Shown in pieces: positions 8,721 through 18,458 of a DNA stretch of 64,000 nucleotides. The stretch lies in the NCBI GenBank assembly GCA_965649265.1, contig CBFGKC010000004.1:24331-88330 (forward strand), in the 5' to 3' direction. Position numbers and translations under genes: made by a program. The notes under the pieces were generated by a model. It had not been told where the DNA came from and ran no database searches. It saw nothing but the letters and a program-made list of their open reading frames with translations. Within the stretch, counting starts at the first letter, position 1, and each line of letters begins with the position of its first letter. Origin of the DNA: a candidate division WOR-3 bacterium (GTDB lineage Bacteria; Hydrothermota; Tepidihabitantia; B3-TA06).

Positions 8721-9866
8721 ATGTATTCGTTCTCGTATTTTCTTTTAGCTTTAAATATCGTTTCTATCTCCCCGAATATCGAGGTAGGGGTTGATGTACA
8801 TCCCGTTGAAAGAAAGGAGCTTATAGAAGGCCCCCTGACGATTCCCCGGGATTCTCTCTTTTCTCACGATTTGAATGCAAAGGGTGACGCGGTAATCGAC
8901 GGTACTGTGGAAGGTGATGTGGCATTGAAAGAAGGGATGCTTACCATCAACGGCAAGGTCACGCGCGATGCCGTTGTGGTGCGCGGCAGTTTTCTTGTGA
9001 CCGGCGAAGTGGGGGCAAGCTTCGTGGCACTGGGATCTGACGGAGTTATAAAGGGCCATATTGACGAGGATCTGGTAGTCCTTGGCGGTCTGGTACAACT
9101 TGACTCCTTAGCCGTAGTCGAGGGTGATGTCGTAGTCATCATGGGTGAGCTGGTGCGCCAACCCGGATCGGTTGTGAAAGGTGAGATAAATAAAATGAAC
9201 GCCGGGCCTTTGAACGGTTTACTCAAACAACTCGTCTCGCGTTTCCTCGGGCCCGATGGTATCCGCGTAAGGCTCGAACGCAGCAAACCTTACCGGTTTT
9301 TCCTTCTCGGGTTATCCAGGATAATCTCGATTGCCTTTCTCTATCTCCTCGGACTGCTGTCGCTCGTTATTTTCAGACGTTGGCAACGGCGTTCCGAACT
9401 TCTCGTGGACCGCAACCCCTGGAAGATGCTTTTGGCCGGCGTTATCCTCAAGTTCGCGCTGGCGGCTGCATTCGTTGTTCTCGTTATCTCGCTCGTCGGG
9501 CTGGCCTTCGTTCCATTCGCGGTGCTGGGTATGATTTTCGTCTGGTGGCTGGCTGTGCCTCAGGCGTCGCTCTGGGCGGGAAAACGCTTGAAAAAGCTTT
9601 TCAAAATGAAGTCGGCCTCGAAAATAGGCTTGTACTCGCTCGGCTTTCTCGGTATATATTCCTTGTTTATCTTCAGCGCATTGCTACTCCTCTTGGGCAG
9701 ATGGGCAAACGTGCCCTCGCGGGTATTCTACGTCCTTGGTGTTCTTCTTATCTTTGCCGCAATGACGCTGGGCCGCGGAAGCATCGTTTACGCAATGTTT
9801 TTTCCCAAGGAGGCGCGGTCGCTAGAAGCGCAGGCAGGGGAGCTGCGTGAAAAGCCGAAGGGGTAA
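8721..9866 (+). CDS. bactofilin-like (polymer-forming) beta-helix domain plus multi-pass membrane domain
   Basis: Repeated G-x-V-x-G-D-V units, then about 5 TM helices; typical neighbour of ECF/anti-sigma pairs. Confidence 0.75.
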   Translation: MYSFSYFLLALNIVSISPNIEVGVDVHPVERKELIEGPLTIPRDSLFSHDLNAKGDAVIDGTVEGDVALKEGMLTINGKVTRDAVVVRGSFLVTGEVGASFVALGSDGVIKGHIDEDLVVLGGLVQLDSLAVVEGDVVVIMGELVRQPGSVVKGEINKMNAGPLNGLLKQLVSRFLGPDGIRVRLERSKPYRFFLLGLSRIISIAFLYLLGLLSLVIFRRWQRRSELLVDRNPWKMLLAGVILKFALAAAFVVLVISLVGLAFVPFAVLGMIFVWWLAVPQASLWAGKRLKKLFKMKSASKIGLYSLGFLGIYSLFIFSALLLLLGRWANVPSRVFYVLGVLLIFAAMTLGRGSIVYAMFFPKEARSLEAQAGELREKPKG

Positions 9867-10686
9867 GAAAAGCAATATCTTCACCCGGATAGGTCGCGAA
9901 GCCGGGGATATTATAAACAAATACAACAGACGCAACGGGCCCTTGCTGGCAAAGGGGCTTGGGTTCAGCTTTCTCTTCGGTCTTCTGCCACTCATTTTCC
10001 TTGCTGTTTCGGTAGCCGCATATGTTTATAAATCCATACCCAACGTTCAGCATTTCATAGCCGAAAACTTTCTCGATTTCCTGCCTCCCGACGCAAGCAA
10101 TTTCTTCTTTTCACACCTTACAAAGGCGGCAGGTAACTGGGGAGCCATAGGCATAGCAGGAGTCGTCCTTCTTCTGACCGTCTCTATCGCTCTTTTTGAT
10201 TCCCTCGAGCGGGCTTTTGCTACCATGCTTTCGGCGCCGCGCCGCAAATTCCACACCGGAAGACTCATCTCGCTCGCGCTCATGGTCACCGGCGTGCTGC
10301 TTTTCTTCGTCGCGATCTTGCTTTCCACGACGGCCTCTTACTTCAGGCATGCCTTCAAACTTTCACCCTCCCTCGTCTACTGGGGAGGTAAGGCTCTCGG
10401 CGGATTCTTTTTCACACTCGTGCTATTGGGGCTCTTTTATCTCTTTGCCAGGCGCAGATTGCGTTTCTGGCCCACCCTTCTTATCGCGTTCATCTCGTGT
10501 TTAATCTGGCAGCTCATAGGCATTGCGGGTTCGGCATTCATCCAGTTTGCAGGAAGCCGCGTTCTCATATACGGAGCCCTTGCGTGGGTTACACTTATTC
10601 TCATCTATATGAGGGTGCTTGCCGAGATTCTCCTCTTCTCGAGTCTTCTAGTGAGCCAGGCCTCGCCGCCCGAGGAAGAAGCCTAA
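9847..10686 (+). CDS. YihY/virulence factor BrkB family membrane protein
   Basis: LAKGLGFSFLFGLLPL, LFDSLERAF and IYGALAWV..LIY motifs; about 6 TM helices. Confidence 0.85.
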   Translation: MKSRRGKKSNIFTRIGREAGDIINKYNRRNGPLLAKGLGFSFLFGLLPLIFLAVSVAAYVYKSIPNVQHFIAENFLDFLPPDASNFFFSHLTKAAGNWGAIGIAGVVLLLTVSIALFDSLERAFATMLSAPRRKFHTGRLISLALMVTGVLLFFVAILLSTTASYFRHAFKLSPSLVYWGGKALGGFFFTLVLLGLFYLFARRRLRFWPTLLIAFISCLIWQLIGIAGSAFIQFAGSRVLIYGALAWVTLILIYMRVLAEILLFSSLLVSQASPPEEEA

Positions 10687-10962
10687 GCCCTCCTCAGTCC
10701 CCCTAGTCTTCCCCAGAGCCTGCAAAGATCACGCATAGAAGGGCAGGGCGATTAAACCTTGTCCCTCTTGAGTTCCTTCAGTCCTTCCAATATTCTTAAA
10801 TATAACACATCCCCATCTTAAGCAGGGGTTATTATCCCAAAACGACTCCTATGTTGATGAAGGGTTAATTCTTAACCAAGCGCCCATGATCTAAAAACAT
10901 TAGCCTTTTAGAATGTTATTGTTATTATAGCTCATCAATAACAATTAAAGGAGGGAGGGACA

Positions 10963-11121
10963 ATGACTCGAATTGGGTGAGCTTATATCTGTTTTTTTGG
11001 ATTTGAGGCTTTACCGGATGAATTGAAAACTACTTACGAAGATTCGCGAAAAGAATTCTTGGATTTCAATGATAAGTATTTGAATGTACCAGCCCTAATA
11101 GATGCAGAAGAATTATTGTAA
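10963..11121 (+). pseudogene. small AT-rich ORF interrupted by one in-frame TGA at codon 6
   Basis: Strong SD AAGGAGGGAGG; reads MTRIG*AYICFFGFEALPDELK..EELL*; a hairpin follows. Confidence 0.4.
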
Positions 11122-11173
11122 TTATCAGGCTGCTCTGACAGGCAGCCTCTGTTTTTTAACGGTATTCTAGTCC

Positions 11174-11202
11174 AAAAAAGAAGGGACCCAGGGGGTCCCT
11201 TC
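11174..11202 (-). terminator. intrinsic terminator of the ompA-like operon
   Basis: GAAGGGACCC/GGGTCCCTTC stem followed by T6 on the minus strand. Confidence 0.7.
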
Positions 11203-11221
11203 AATCTTTTTGAGTACGCGT

Positions 11222-11671
11222 CTATCGGGATATTTCTGAGGGAGAGGGTTCCAGACCGAGCTTCTTGCGGTAGTCTTTCCAGAGCTTTTCTGCCTCGCTT
11301 GTGGCGCGTTCGGCACTGCGGTAGAGATTGAACCAGCGTCCGCCTTCCTGTTCGCGGGTGCGTTCCCAAAGGTTTCGCGCGCGGGCAATGGTGCGTTCGA
11401 GTTTGCGTTCGTCAGCCTGGTATGGCGATTTACCCTTATCAGAAATCGCGGAGGAGAGCGTCTTGAAATTATCGTCGATGTAATCCAGCTTCGCTTGATA
11501 GTAATTGTATACCGGTTCGTGCATCTGACCGAGGGTAGAGCGATAACCCTGAATCGATAAAAGAGTTATGAGGTTAATAAACAACGATGCTGTCAAGAGT
11601 CCGGCAAACACCCAGGCCAGAAAGGCCGCAAGAGGCGGCCTTTTGTTTTTAACGGTTTCCTCCGCGCCCAT
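11222..11671 (-). CDS. hypothetical single-TM helical protein
   Basis: Lies 2 nt downstream of the OmpA-like gene; N-terminal TM helix followed by charged helices. Confidence 0.7.
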   Translation of the reverse strand: MGAEETVKNKRPPLAAFLAWVFAGLLTASLFINLITLLSIQGYRSTLGQMHEPVYNYYQAKLDYIDDNFKTLSSAISDKGKSPYQADERKLERTIARARNLWERTREQEGGRWFNLYRSAERATSEAEKLWKDYRKKLGLEPSPSEISR

Positions 11672-11673
11672 CT

Positions 11674-13602
11674 CTAGATCTCCCCTAGAATCACGAACTC
11701 GACACGACGGTTGAGTTCCTTGCCCGACTCGGTCGCGTTGGAGGCCACAGGCAGCGATTCGCCGTAGCCTTTTGAAACAAGCCGCCTCGAGTCTATGCCG
11801 TGCTGCATGACGAAATAATTCACAACCGAAGCGGCACGGGCCTCTGAGAGTTTCTGGTTGTACTCGTCGGAACCGTCGGAGTCCGTATGACCCTGGATCT
11901 CAACCCTTATCGAGGGATTCTCCTTGAGGATCTTGGCTGCCTCGTCCAGCACCGGGTAGCTCTCGGGCTTGATGGTCGCCTTGTCAACGTCAAAGTAGAT
12001 GCCGCGCAGGGTGAAGGTCATGCCTTTCTTCACGAGGAGGAACTCCTTCTCGGTGACCTGATCTTCCGAAATCACCAGGGGAGACGGCTGGTCGATGTAA
12101 CCCTCGGCGGAGACGATGATCGCGTAAGTGCCTGCGGGCAGCGTAGCCTTGAACACACCGGTCGCGGCATCGGCCTTGACGGGTGCTATGCCTGCACCCT
12201 GGAAAGTAACGGTTCCCGCGACAGGCTGCTCGGTCTTGCGGTCTTTGATTATGCCAAGAAGCTGGCCTTCGACCTTGGAGGTGCGAAGCGAGAAGTCGAG
12301 GGTCGCAGTCTTGTTGACCTCTATCTGCACCGTGCTCACAGAAGCAACGAACTCCGGAGCGGACGCTTCAATGGAAGCGACGCCTGTAGGTATGGAATCA
12401 ATCCTGTAAAACCCGTTGGCGTCTGTCTTGACCGGCGGTCTCGAAAGACCCTTGAGAGTTATGGTTGCGACCACCAGCTTTCCGGTCTTTGCGTCCTTGA
12501 CCACGCCTGTCACAGAACCGTAGGTTTGCTTGGGCATGAGCGTTACGTCTTGTGTGGAGGTTTCGTTCTCCTTGACAACGACCGGGATGCTCGTCTCGCG
12601 GTATCCGGGTGCCTCAATCTTGATTGTCACGACACCGACAGGAACATCCCTGAATTCATAGACGCCTGTTGCCGCGTCCGTGGTCATCGGGGCTATCTTG
12701 ATCATCGTATCAACAAATGAGATCTTTGCTGCAAGGGGGGAGCCCGTGACGTCGTCCCTGACCGAACCGGCTATCACGCCGACAGGGGGAGGGGAGGGAC
12801 GCAGGAACGGCGAAACGAAGTTGATGCCGAAGATGCCCTGGAAGGTCGGGATGTTTGCGCCGAATCCGATATCCAACCCGAGGTCGAGCCCGACGCCGAA
12901 CGGGAAAGTGAACTTGATGCCCGGCGTGAATCTCACCGAGTTCTGCGTGAAGTCGAAAAGCGAATTTGTGCCCTGCGTGGTCGTGGCCTCAAGGGTCACG
13001 GCGTACGTTTTTGCAGGAAGCTCGAGACCCAGTCCGAGCGCTAAAGAGTCACCGACTCCCGTGCCCGTGTTACCCAGATAGCCGACGTTAAAGACGAGAT
13101 TAAAGGGAGCGGCAATCGAGACGTCCTTGAAATCCAACCCCAGCAGCAGGCCGCCGCCGTAACCGAAGCCCGGCGTTACGGTTGAAGGGATAAGGCCGAA
13201 CTGGTCGTTAAGGGTATGAATGTTCCCTAGCCCCATGACGCCGAACTTGAACACCGGTATGCCAATGACGCTAGCCTTGAGACCGAATTTGGTGTCGTAA
13301 AAGCCGGTCCTCATGTTCCCAAATCCAAAGTCCTCCGTCCACACACCGTACGAGGGCGACACCCAGAACTCCATCCAGTCAAGCGGCGCATAGGTAACGC
13401 CGCCGTTGAGCCCCAACTGGTAGAAGTTCGTTCCACCTACATCCATACGCTGGAAGGTGTTGTGAAGGGACAGCGAAAGCATGCCGTAGCCGTCCGACTT
13501 GGTGTCCGTTATTCTGTAAAATCCCCTGCTTCCGCCGATCGCGGGGAAGCCGAAAGCCATCACCGAACCCAATAATAACAATGCAAATATACGCTTAACC
13601 AT
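11674..13602 (-). CDS. OM beta-barrel + 3 carboxypeptidase-regulatory-like domains + OmpA peptidoglycan-binding domain
   Basis: Signal peptide MVKRIFALLL after a GGAGG SD; three G-x-V-x-D..TG repeats; IYFDVDKA, GHTDSDG..N..LSEARA and NRRVEF. Confidence 0.9.
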   Translation of the reverse strand: MVKRIFALLLLGSVMAFGFPAIGGSRGFYRITDTKSDGYGMLSLSLHNTFQRMDVGGTNFYQLGLNGGVTYAPLDWMEFWVSPSYGVWTEDFGFGNMRTGFYDTKFGLKASVIGIPVFKFGVMGLGNIHTLNDQFGLIPSTVTPGFGYGGGLLLGLDFKDVSIAAPFNLVFNVGYLGNTGTGVGDSLALGLGLELPAKTYAVTLEATTTQGTNSLFDFTQNSVRFTPGIKFTFPFGVGLDLGLDIGFGANIPTFQGIFGINFVSPFLRPSPPPVGVIAGSVRDDVTGSPLAAKISFVDTMIKIAPMTTDAATGVYEFRDVPVGVVTIKIEAPGYRETSIPVVVKENETSTQDVTLMPKQTYGSVTGVVKDAKTGKLVVATITLKGLSRPPVKTDANGFYRIDSIPTGVASIEASAPEFVASVSTVQIEVNKTATLDFSLRTSKVEGQLLGIIKDRKTEQPVAGTVTFQGAGIAPVKADAATGVFKATLPAGTYAIIVSAEGYIDQPSPLVISEDQVTEKEFLLVKKGMTFTLRGIYFDVDKATIKPESYPVLDEAAKILKENPSIRVEIQGHTDSDGSDEYNQKLSEARAASVVNYFVMQHGIDSRRLVSKGYGESLPVASNATESGKELNRRVEFVILGEI

Positions 13603-13642
13603 GGAGCCTCCTTGGTCTTGTTTTAGGTTTCTTAATGAAAGG

Positions 13643-13670
13643 ATTGTAAGAAAAACCGCGCCCGTGTCAA
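13643..13670 (-). promoter_or_regulatory. sigma70-like promoter TTGACA-N16-TACAAT
   Basis: Consensus match upstream of 13602. Confidence 0.65.
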
Positions 13671-13877
13671 GAAGCCCTCCTCGGTCACACATGCGCAGGG
13701 GGAGGAGGGGCATTGCGAGACGTACTCTGCCGCGACAAAATGCAAGGTTAACTTTTAGGTTAGCTCAGAAGCTGTCTGAAAAGACATTGGCAAGGAGGTA
13801 GAGGACAATACAATATCTGTACGAATAAAAAGAGGAAAGAAAGAGACTTTCTTACAGCAATCTGTTTAGATCCTAAC

Positions 13878-14266
13878 ATGGGGGGGACGTAAAAAGTTTC
13901 ATACTGAATCTGAGTGAAGCTTTGCTAGTAAATGAAGACGCTGGGGTTATGATTATCAATTTTCCTGGACATCAGCAGTTTCATGGTGGATTTGAAGAGC
14001 CGTTTCTTCACACAACCCCTGATGTGTTAATAGCAGATTTAACAGGCGATAACCCAAATGCTTTGTATATGCTTGGTTTTGCCGAGGCTATCAGAATTAA
14101 AACAATAATCATCATGAATAAGAAAAGTAAGACTCCTATTCCCTTTTCTTTGGAAGGTTGATTTTTTTTTCAGTATGATCCAGATGATTTAGGTGAATTA
14201 AAAGAAAAGCTTTTAGGGACTATTTCGAATTACTATATATCCTTGCTGAGAAAAGCCAATGAATAA
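13878..14266 (+). pseudogene. disrupted nucleoside-2'-deoxyribosyltransferase (NDT)/TIR-like gene
   Basis: DVLIADLTGDNPNALYMLGFA motif. After the in-frame TGA at 14159-61 the frame continues FFFQYDPDDLGELKEKL to TAA 14266. ATG 13878 is out of frame across a G7 tract. Confidence 0.65.
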
Positions 14267-14894
14267 GAAGTGTTTTGTGGTAATGCCTTATCTTTCGGAA
14301 CTTCATTTCTTCTATTTATTCATGAAACAATATATTGAAGGTAAAGGCAACATCAAAGTTGAACGCGCTGATGACAAGGTTTTGACAATACCTTTGTTGG
14401 ATAAGATTAAATCCCAAATACTAGATGCCGACTTGATTATTGCTGACATTACAGGGAGGAACGCTAATGTTATGTACGAGCTTGGTATTGCCCGCGCACA
14501 CGCAAAGAAGGTAATTCTTATAACCAAAGATGAAATTGAACAAGCACCTACAGATATTAAGCACTATGAATTTATTAGGTATGAGTTAGATAAAGATGTT
14601 GATTTCCTGGATAAATTGGATAACGCCTTGTGTAATGCATTAATCGAAGATGTTAAATGGTTTTACGAAAAAGGAATTCTTCTTCTGAAAACGTGCAACA
14701 AGGAAACCGGTTCAAATAATATACCCACTAATCTCGAAAAATTCCAAGAAAGGTTTTCGCGACTGGAAAGGATTCAAGATTTACCAAGCAAGGAAAACGA
14801 GAAGGAGTTAAAACCTTTTTTGCTACCTATAATAATTGATAACAGCTCAGATTTTAGCGTAATGGAACTCATAGTTGAGTGGGTTAGAACGTAA
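14259..14894 (+). CDS. NDT-like (TIR-like Rossmann) domain protein, AT-rich
   Basis: KKCFVVMPY, RADD, ADLIIADITGRNANVMYELGIA and PTDIKHYEFIRY. Confidence 0.85.
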   Translation: MNKKCFVVMPYLSELHFFYLFMKQYIEGKGNIKVERADDKVLTIPLLDKIKSQILDADLIIADITGRNANVMYELGIARAHAKKVILITKDEIEQAPTDIKHYEFIRYELDKDVDFLDKLDNALCNALIEDVKWFYEKGILLLKTCNKETGSNNIPTNLEKFQERFSRLERIQDLPSKENEKELKPFLLPIIIDNSSDFSVMELIVEWVRT

Positions 14895-14934
14895 GAACTT
14901 TTTTCTGGTTTGCCCTATCCGTCGCTCATTTACC

Positions 14935-14963
14935 TTGACAAACGACCTATTTATCAATAGACT
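14935..14963 (+). promoter_or_regulatory. sigma70-like promoter TTGACA-N17-TAGACT
   Basis: Upstream of the AGGAGG SD of 14995. Confidence 0.6.
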
Positions 14964-14994
14964 TTATAAATTGTAAACTGAAAAAGGAGGCAAG

Positions 14995-16644
14995 ATGGGC
15001 AAAAAGGTGGCGCTTGTCCTTTTGGGGACAGCCCTTTCGCTCTTTGCCGAGTTTAACCGTTCTTCGCTGCTAATAGATATGCCTACGGCGTACGTTCTGA
15101 GGCACAAGGTCATTCAAGGGACCGCCGTGGGTAATTTCGGGTTAGGAGTTACAGATCCAAGGTCGCCTTATGATTTGGATGTTACCGTGGGAGCGGGCAT
15201 TGGAGATTTTCTCGAACTGTCGCTGACCGCATATTCCCTTGAAAACTATGCGCTCGGAGCGAGCGCGATGGTGCTGCGCGAGGGCAAATACTACCCCTCC
15301 GTCGCGGTGGGCATTCACGATATAACCTGGGTTCCCTACATTGGCTCGTTCGGCGGGTCCGATACCTCCGACAACGATCCCGAGGATCGCATGATCTCCG
15401 GCAAACCGGGCTTCGCATACTGGGAGCAGCAGGAGTGGTTCAGCGCCTTTGCCGTTGCATCCAAACAGATTGGCGAATACTTCAGGATCCACATGGGCCT
15501 GGGCCGTGGTCGTTACACCGGATATTACGGATTTGAGAGATACCTCAACACCGACATCTTTAGTGACTCGAGCGTCTCGAATTTCGCGTTCGGGCTCTTC
15601 GGTGCTCTCGAATTCAACTACCAGGAATGGCTCTCTATTGCAGCCGAGTACGACGGACGCGATCTGAATTTGGGAACCAAGGTCGGCTTCAACAACTGGG
15701 AGGTATACCTTGGCATGACCCGTCTTGAGAATCTAATCTACAACACCGGTTACTATCCGAGACTGGTTGCCGGTCTCAATTTCTACACCTCGCCGCACAG
15801 CACGTCCAAGGGTTCAGCCGTTTCAGGCAAGGCCGTTTACGCCGACGGCAAGTCCGCTTCCGGCGCTACCGTGGAAATCATCGGCGACGATTTCGACCAG
15901 ACCGTCACCTGCACCGAGAACGGCACTTACCGTTTTCGATCGATTCCGCAAGGAACCTACAAGATTGTGGCGTACGTAGAGGGTTTCCGTTCCAAGCCTC
16001 TGGTATTCAAAGTCGGCTCCGCTCACGAGAACATCAAGTCGGATCTCGTTCTCGAGGACATAAGCTCGAAGGGTACAATTCAGGGCAAGGTCCTCGATTC
16101 GGAAGACGGCTCTGGAGTCATAGCCAATGTTTCCGTTATCGAGACAGGCGACATCGTGCGTGCGGGTCCCCGCGGCGGCGAGTACCGGATAGTCGGCCTT
16201 GAACCGGGTAAGTATACCCTTATGGCCGAGGCAAAAGGTTATTTCGATCGCCAGATTACATGCCAGGCTGCGGCAGCCGGCACGACAAATCTCGACCTCG
16301 TCATCAGTAAGAGCTGGATAATATTTCACTTCAAGCCCGGCGAGAAACTCATTGAACCGCGCTACGTGCCGGTTCTTGAGGACGTGGTCAAGTTTCTGAA
16401 GGAACGTCCCAGCATGGTAGTCGAGATTCAGGGCCACACGGACAGCGTGGGAGATGCGAAGAACAACCGTGATCTTTCGCGCAACCGCGCCGAGGCCGTG
16501 AGGGATTACCTCATCAAGCGAGGTATCTCGGAGAAGCGCCTTGTCGTGAAAGGTTACGGTGAGCTTTCGCCCATAGGCGACAACCGCACAGTTATTGGAA
16601 GGGACATGAACAGGCGCGTGGAACTCGTTGTAATAAGCGAGTAG
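14995..16644 (+). CDS. YjbH-like OM barrel + 2 carboxypeptidase-regulatory-like domains + OmpA domain
   Basis: LIDMPTAYVL, PSVAVGIHDI, AEYDGRDLNLG; GHTDSVG..LSRNRA and NRRVEL. Confidence 0.85.
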   Translation: MGKKVALVLLGTALSLFAEFNRSSLLIDMPTAYVLRHKVIQGTAVGNFGLGVTDPRSPYDLDVTVGAGIGDFLELSLTAYSLENYALGASAMVLREGKYYPSVAVGIHDITWVPYIGSFGGSDTSDNDPEDRMISGKPGFAYWEQQEWFSAFAVASKQIGEYFRIHMGLGRGRYTGYYGFERYLNTDIFSDSSVSNFAFGLFGALEFNYQEWLSIAAEYDGRDLNLGTKVGFNNWEVYLGMTRLENLIYNTGYYPRLVAGLNFYTSPHSTSKGSAVSGKAVYADGKSASGATVEIIGDDFDQTVTCTENGTYRFRSIPQGTYKIVAYVEGFRSKPLVFKVGSAHENIKSDLVLEDISSKGTIQGKVLDSEDGSGVIANVSVIETGDIVRAGPRGGEYRIVGLEPGKYTLMAEAKGYFDRQITCQAAAAGTTNLDLVISKSWIIFHFKPGEKLIEPRYVPVLEDVVKFLKERPSMVVEIQGHTDSVGDAKNNRDLSRNRAEAVRDYLIKRGISEKRLVVKGYGELSPIGDNRTVIGRDMNRRVELVVISE

Positions 16645-16779
16645 TGGAGGCGAGAAAGCAAGATAGTTCCAAAGGTTGCTGAACCTTTTTGGTTGCTCTA
16701 GTTGAAAAAGATAAACCCTATGTCGAATCGAGAAAAAAGTGAAGCTGAAACCTTACAATAATCCTAGGAGGATATAAAG

Positions 16780-18030
16780 ATGAGCGAAGAGCTGAATCCC
16801 TTTAAAATAGCACAAGCTCAATTTGACGAGGCGGCCGAGATATTGAAGCTCGAGCCCGCAATGCGCGAGATACTGCGCTGGCCGCGCCGCCAGTACATCT
16901 TCACAGTTCCCGTGAAGATGGACGACGGTACCACGCAGGTCTTTCATGCCTATCGTGTTCAGTACAACGATTCCCGCGGACCCACAAAGGGCGGGCTTCG
17001 CTGGCACCCGGACGAGACCATCGACACCGTGCGCGCACTTGCCGCATGGATGACGTGGAAAACCTCCGTGGTCGACATCCCCTTGGGCGGCGGCAAGGGC
17101 GGCGTAACGTGTGATCCAAAGAAACTTTCCGAAAGAGAGAAAGAGCGTCTTGCCCGCGGATGGATGAAGGTCATTGCCCACGAACTCGGCGGCGACCGTG
17201 ACTGTCCCGCTCCCGACGTCTACACCACGCCCCAGATTATGGCATGGATGCTTGACGAGTATGAGGCCATCAAGGGCTACAACCATCCTTCAGTAATCAC
17301 AGGCAAGCCCATCCCCATAGGCGGCTCCCAGGGCCGCGGCGACGCCACCGCACGCGGCGGCGTGTACACCGTCCGCGAGGCTGCTAAGATCCTCAAGATA
17401 GATCCCAAGGGGACCTATGCGGTTCAGGGATTCGGCAACGCCGGACAGTTTGCCGCGCTCCTTCACCCCGAGATTCTCGGCGGTGGAAAGCTCATCGCAG
17501 TGTCCGACTCCTCAGGCGGTATCATAAAGAAAGATGGAATGGATCCCAAAGCCATCGTTGACCACAAGCTCAAGACCGGCAGCGTGCAGGGCTTCCCCGG
17601 CAGCACCAAGATATCAAACGAGGAACTTCTCGAGCTCGAAGTCGATATCCTCTATCCCTCAGCGCTTGAGAACGTAATCACCAAGGACAACGCCTCGAAG
17701 ATCAAGGCCAAGATCAGCTGCGAACTCGCAAACGGACCCACCACTCCCGAAGCGGACGTCATTCTTCACAAGAACGGCGTGCACGTCATCCCTGACTTCC
17801 TTGCGAACGCCGGCGGTGTAACCGTCAGCTATTTCGAGCAGGTTCAGGGCACTTACAACTACTACTGGACGCTCGAAGAAGTCCAGAAGCAGCTCGATGC
17901 CAAGATGACCAAGGCTTACCACTCGGTTTACGACATGCACAAGGAGAAGAAGGTGCACATGCGCCTTGCAGCATACCTTGTCGCCGTGAAGCGTGTGGCC
18001 GAGGCCGTCAAACTGCGCGGCTGGGTATAA
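16780..18030 (+). CDS. gdhA: glutamate dehydrogenase (Glu/Leu/Phe/Val family)
   Basis: GPTKGGLRW, GGGKGG, DCPAPDV, VQGFGNAG, ELANGPTT, NAGGVTVSYFE. Confidence 0.95.
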   Translation: MSEELNPFKIAQAQFDEAAEILKLEPAMREILRWPRRQYIFTVPVKMDDGTTQVFHAYRVQYNDSRGPTKGGLRWHPDETIDTVRALAAWMTWKTSVVDIPLGGGKGGVTCDPKKLSEREKERLARGWMKVIAHELGGDRDCPAPDVYTTPQIMAWMLDEYEAIKGYNHPSVITGKPIPIGGSQGRGDATARGGVYTVREAAKILKIDPKGTYAVQGFGNAGQFAALLHPEILGGGKLIAVSDSSGGIIKKDGMDPKAIVDHKLKTGSVQGFPGSTKISNEELLELEVDILYPSALENVITKDNASKIKAKISCELANGPTTPEADVILHKNGVHVIPDFLANAGGVTVSYFEQVQGTYNYYWTLEEVQKQLDAKMTKAYHSVYDMHKEKKVHMRLAAYLVAVKRVAEAVKLRGWV

Positions 18031-18037
18031 AACACCA

Positions 18038-18074
18038 TCCCACCCGATTGCTTGGCAATCGTGCGGGAACCCCC
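18038..18074 (+). repeat. 14-bp-stem/3-nt-loop hairpin with ACCCC tail (2 mismatches)
   Basis: TCCCACCCGATTGC-TTG-GCAATCGTGCGGGA-ACCCC. Confidence 0.65.
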
Positions 18075-18083
18075 TATAAAATT

Positions 18084-18115
18084 GGAAGGCCGACCGAAAG
18101 GTTGGCCTTCCGTTT
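18084..18115 (+). terminator. intrinsic terminator of gdhA
   Basis: GGAAGGCCGACC-GAAA-GGTTGGCCTTCC-GTTT. Confidence 0.7.
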
Positions 18116-18398
18116 ATCCGGAGTCAAGCATTTCGGCTTCTTATTCTCAGCCAAATGGGAGCCCGTAATACTTGCTTCCCTTCTCGCCAGGCGTGAAAAG
18201 GTCGCAGTTTAAAAATGTAGGGTCAACTTTGTGGCTGGGCCCTCTCCTTTTTCCATCTTAGCATTTCCCACTTGAGGATATCCCAGCGTGAGGTCGTCAG
18301 TGCGAAAGATTCCTTTAATGGGGGGGGGGAGGGGGCACGCTGTTCAGTAAATCATCAAAACCCGTGCCCGCTCTCGATGTTAAAGTTTACTAGTCAAC

Positions 18399-18426
18399 TT
18401 GACAAATCATGATAAATACCTATGCT
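18399..18426 (+). promoter_or_regulatory. sigma70-like promoter TTGACA-N16-TATGCT
   Basis: Upstream of the GGAGG SD of 18459. Confidence 0.55.
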
Positions 18427-18458
18427 TATATAAACACCGGTTGTACCGGAGGAGATTT

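Noticed and set aside
14159-14161. Selenocysteine or genome-wide UGA recoding
   Set aside because: Many core genes end in TGA (porC, porD, mglB, fabD, alr); the site is not Cys-like and no SECIS-like stem follows.
18320-18336. Poly-G tract as a phase-variation switch
   Set aside because: It is intergenic, about 60 bp upstream of the next -35 box, and not in a spacer or ORF.
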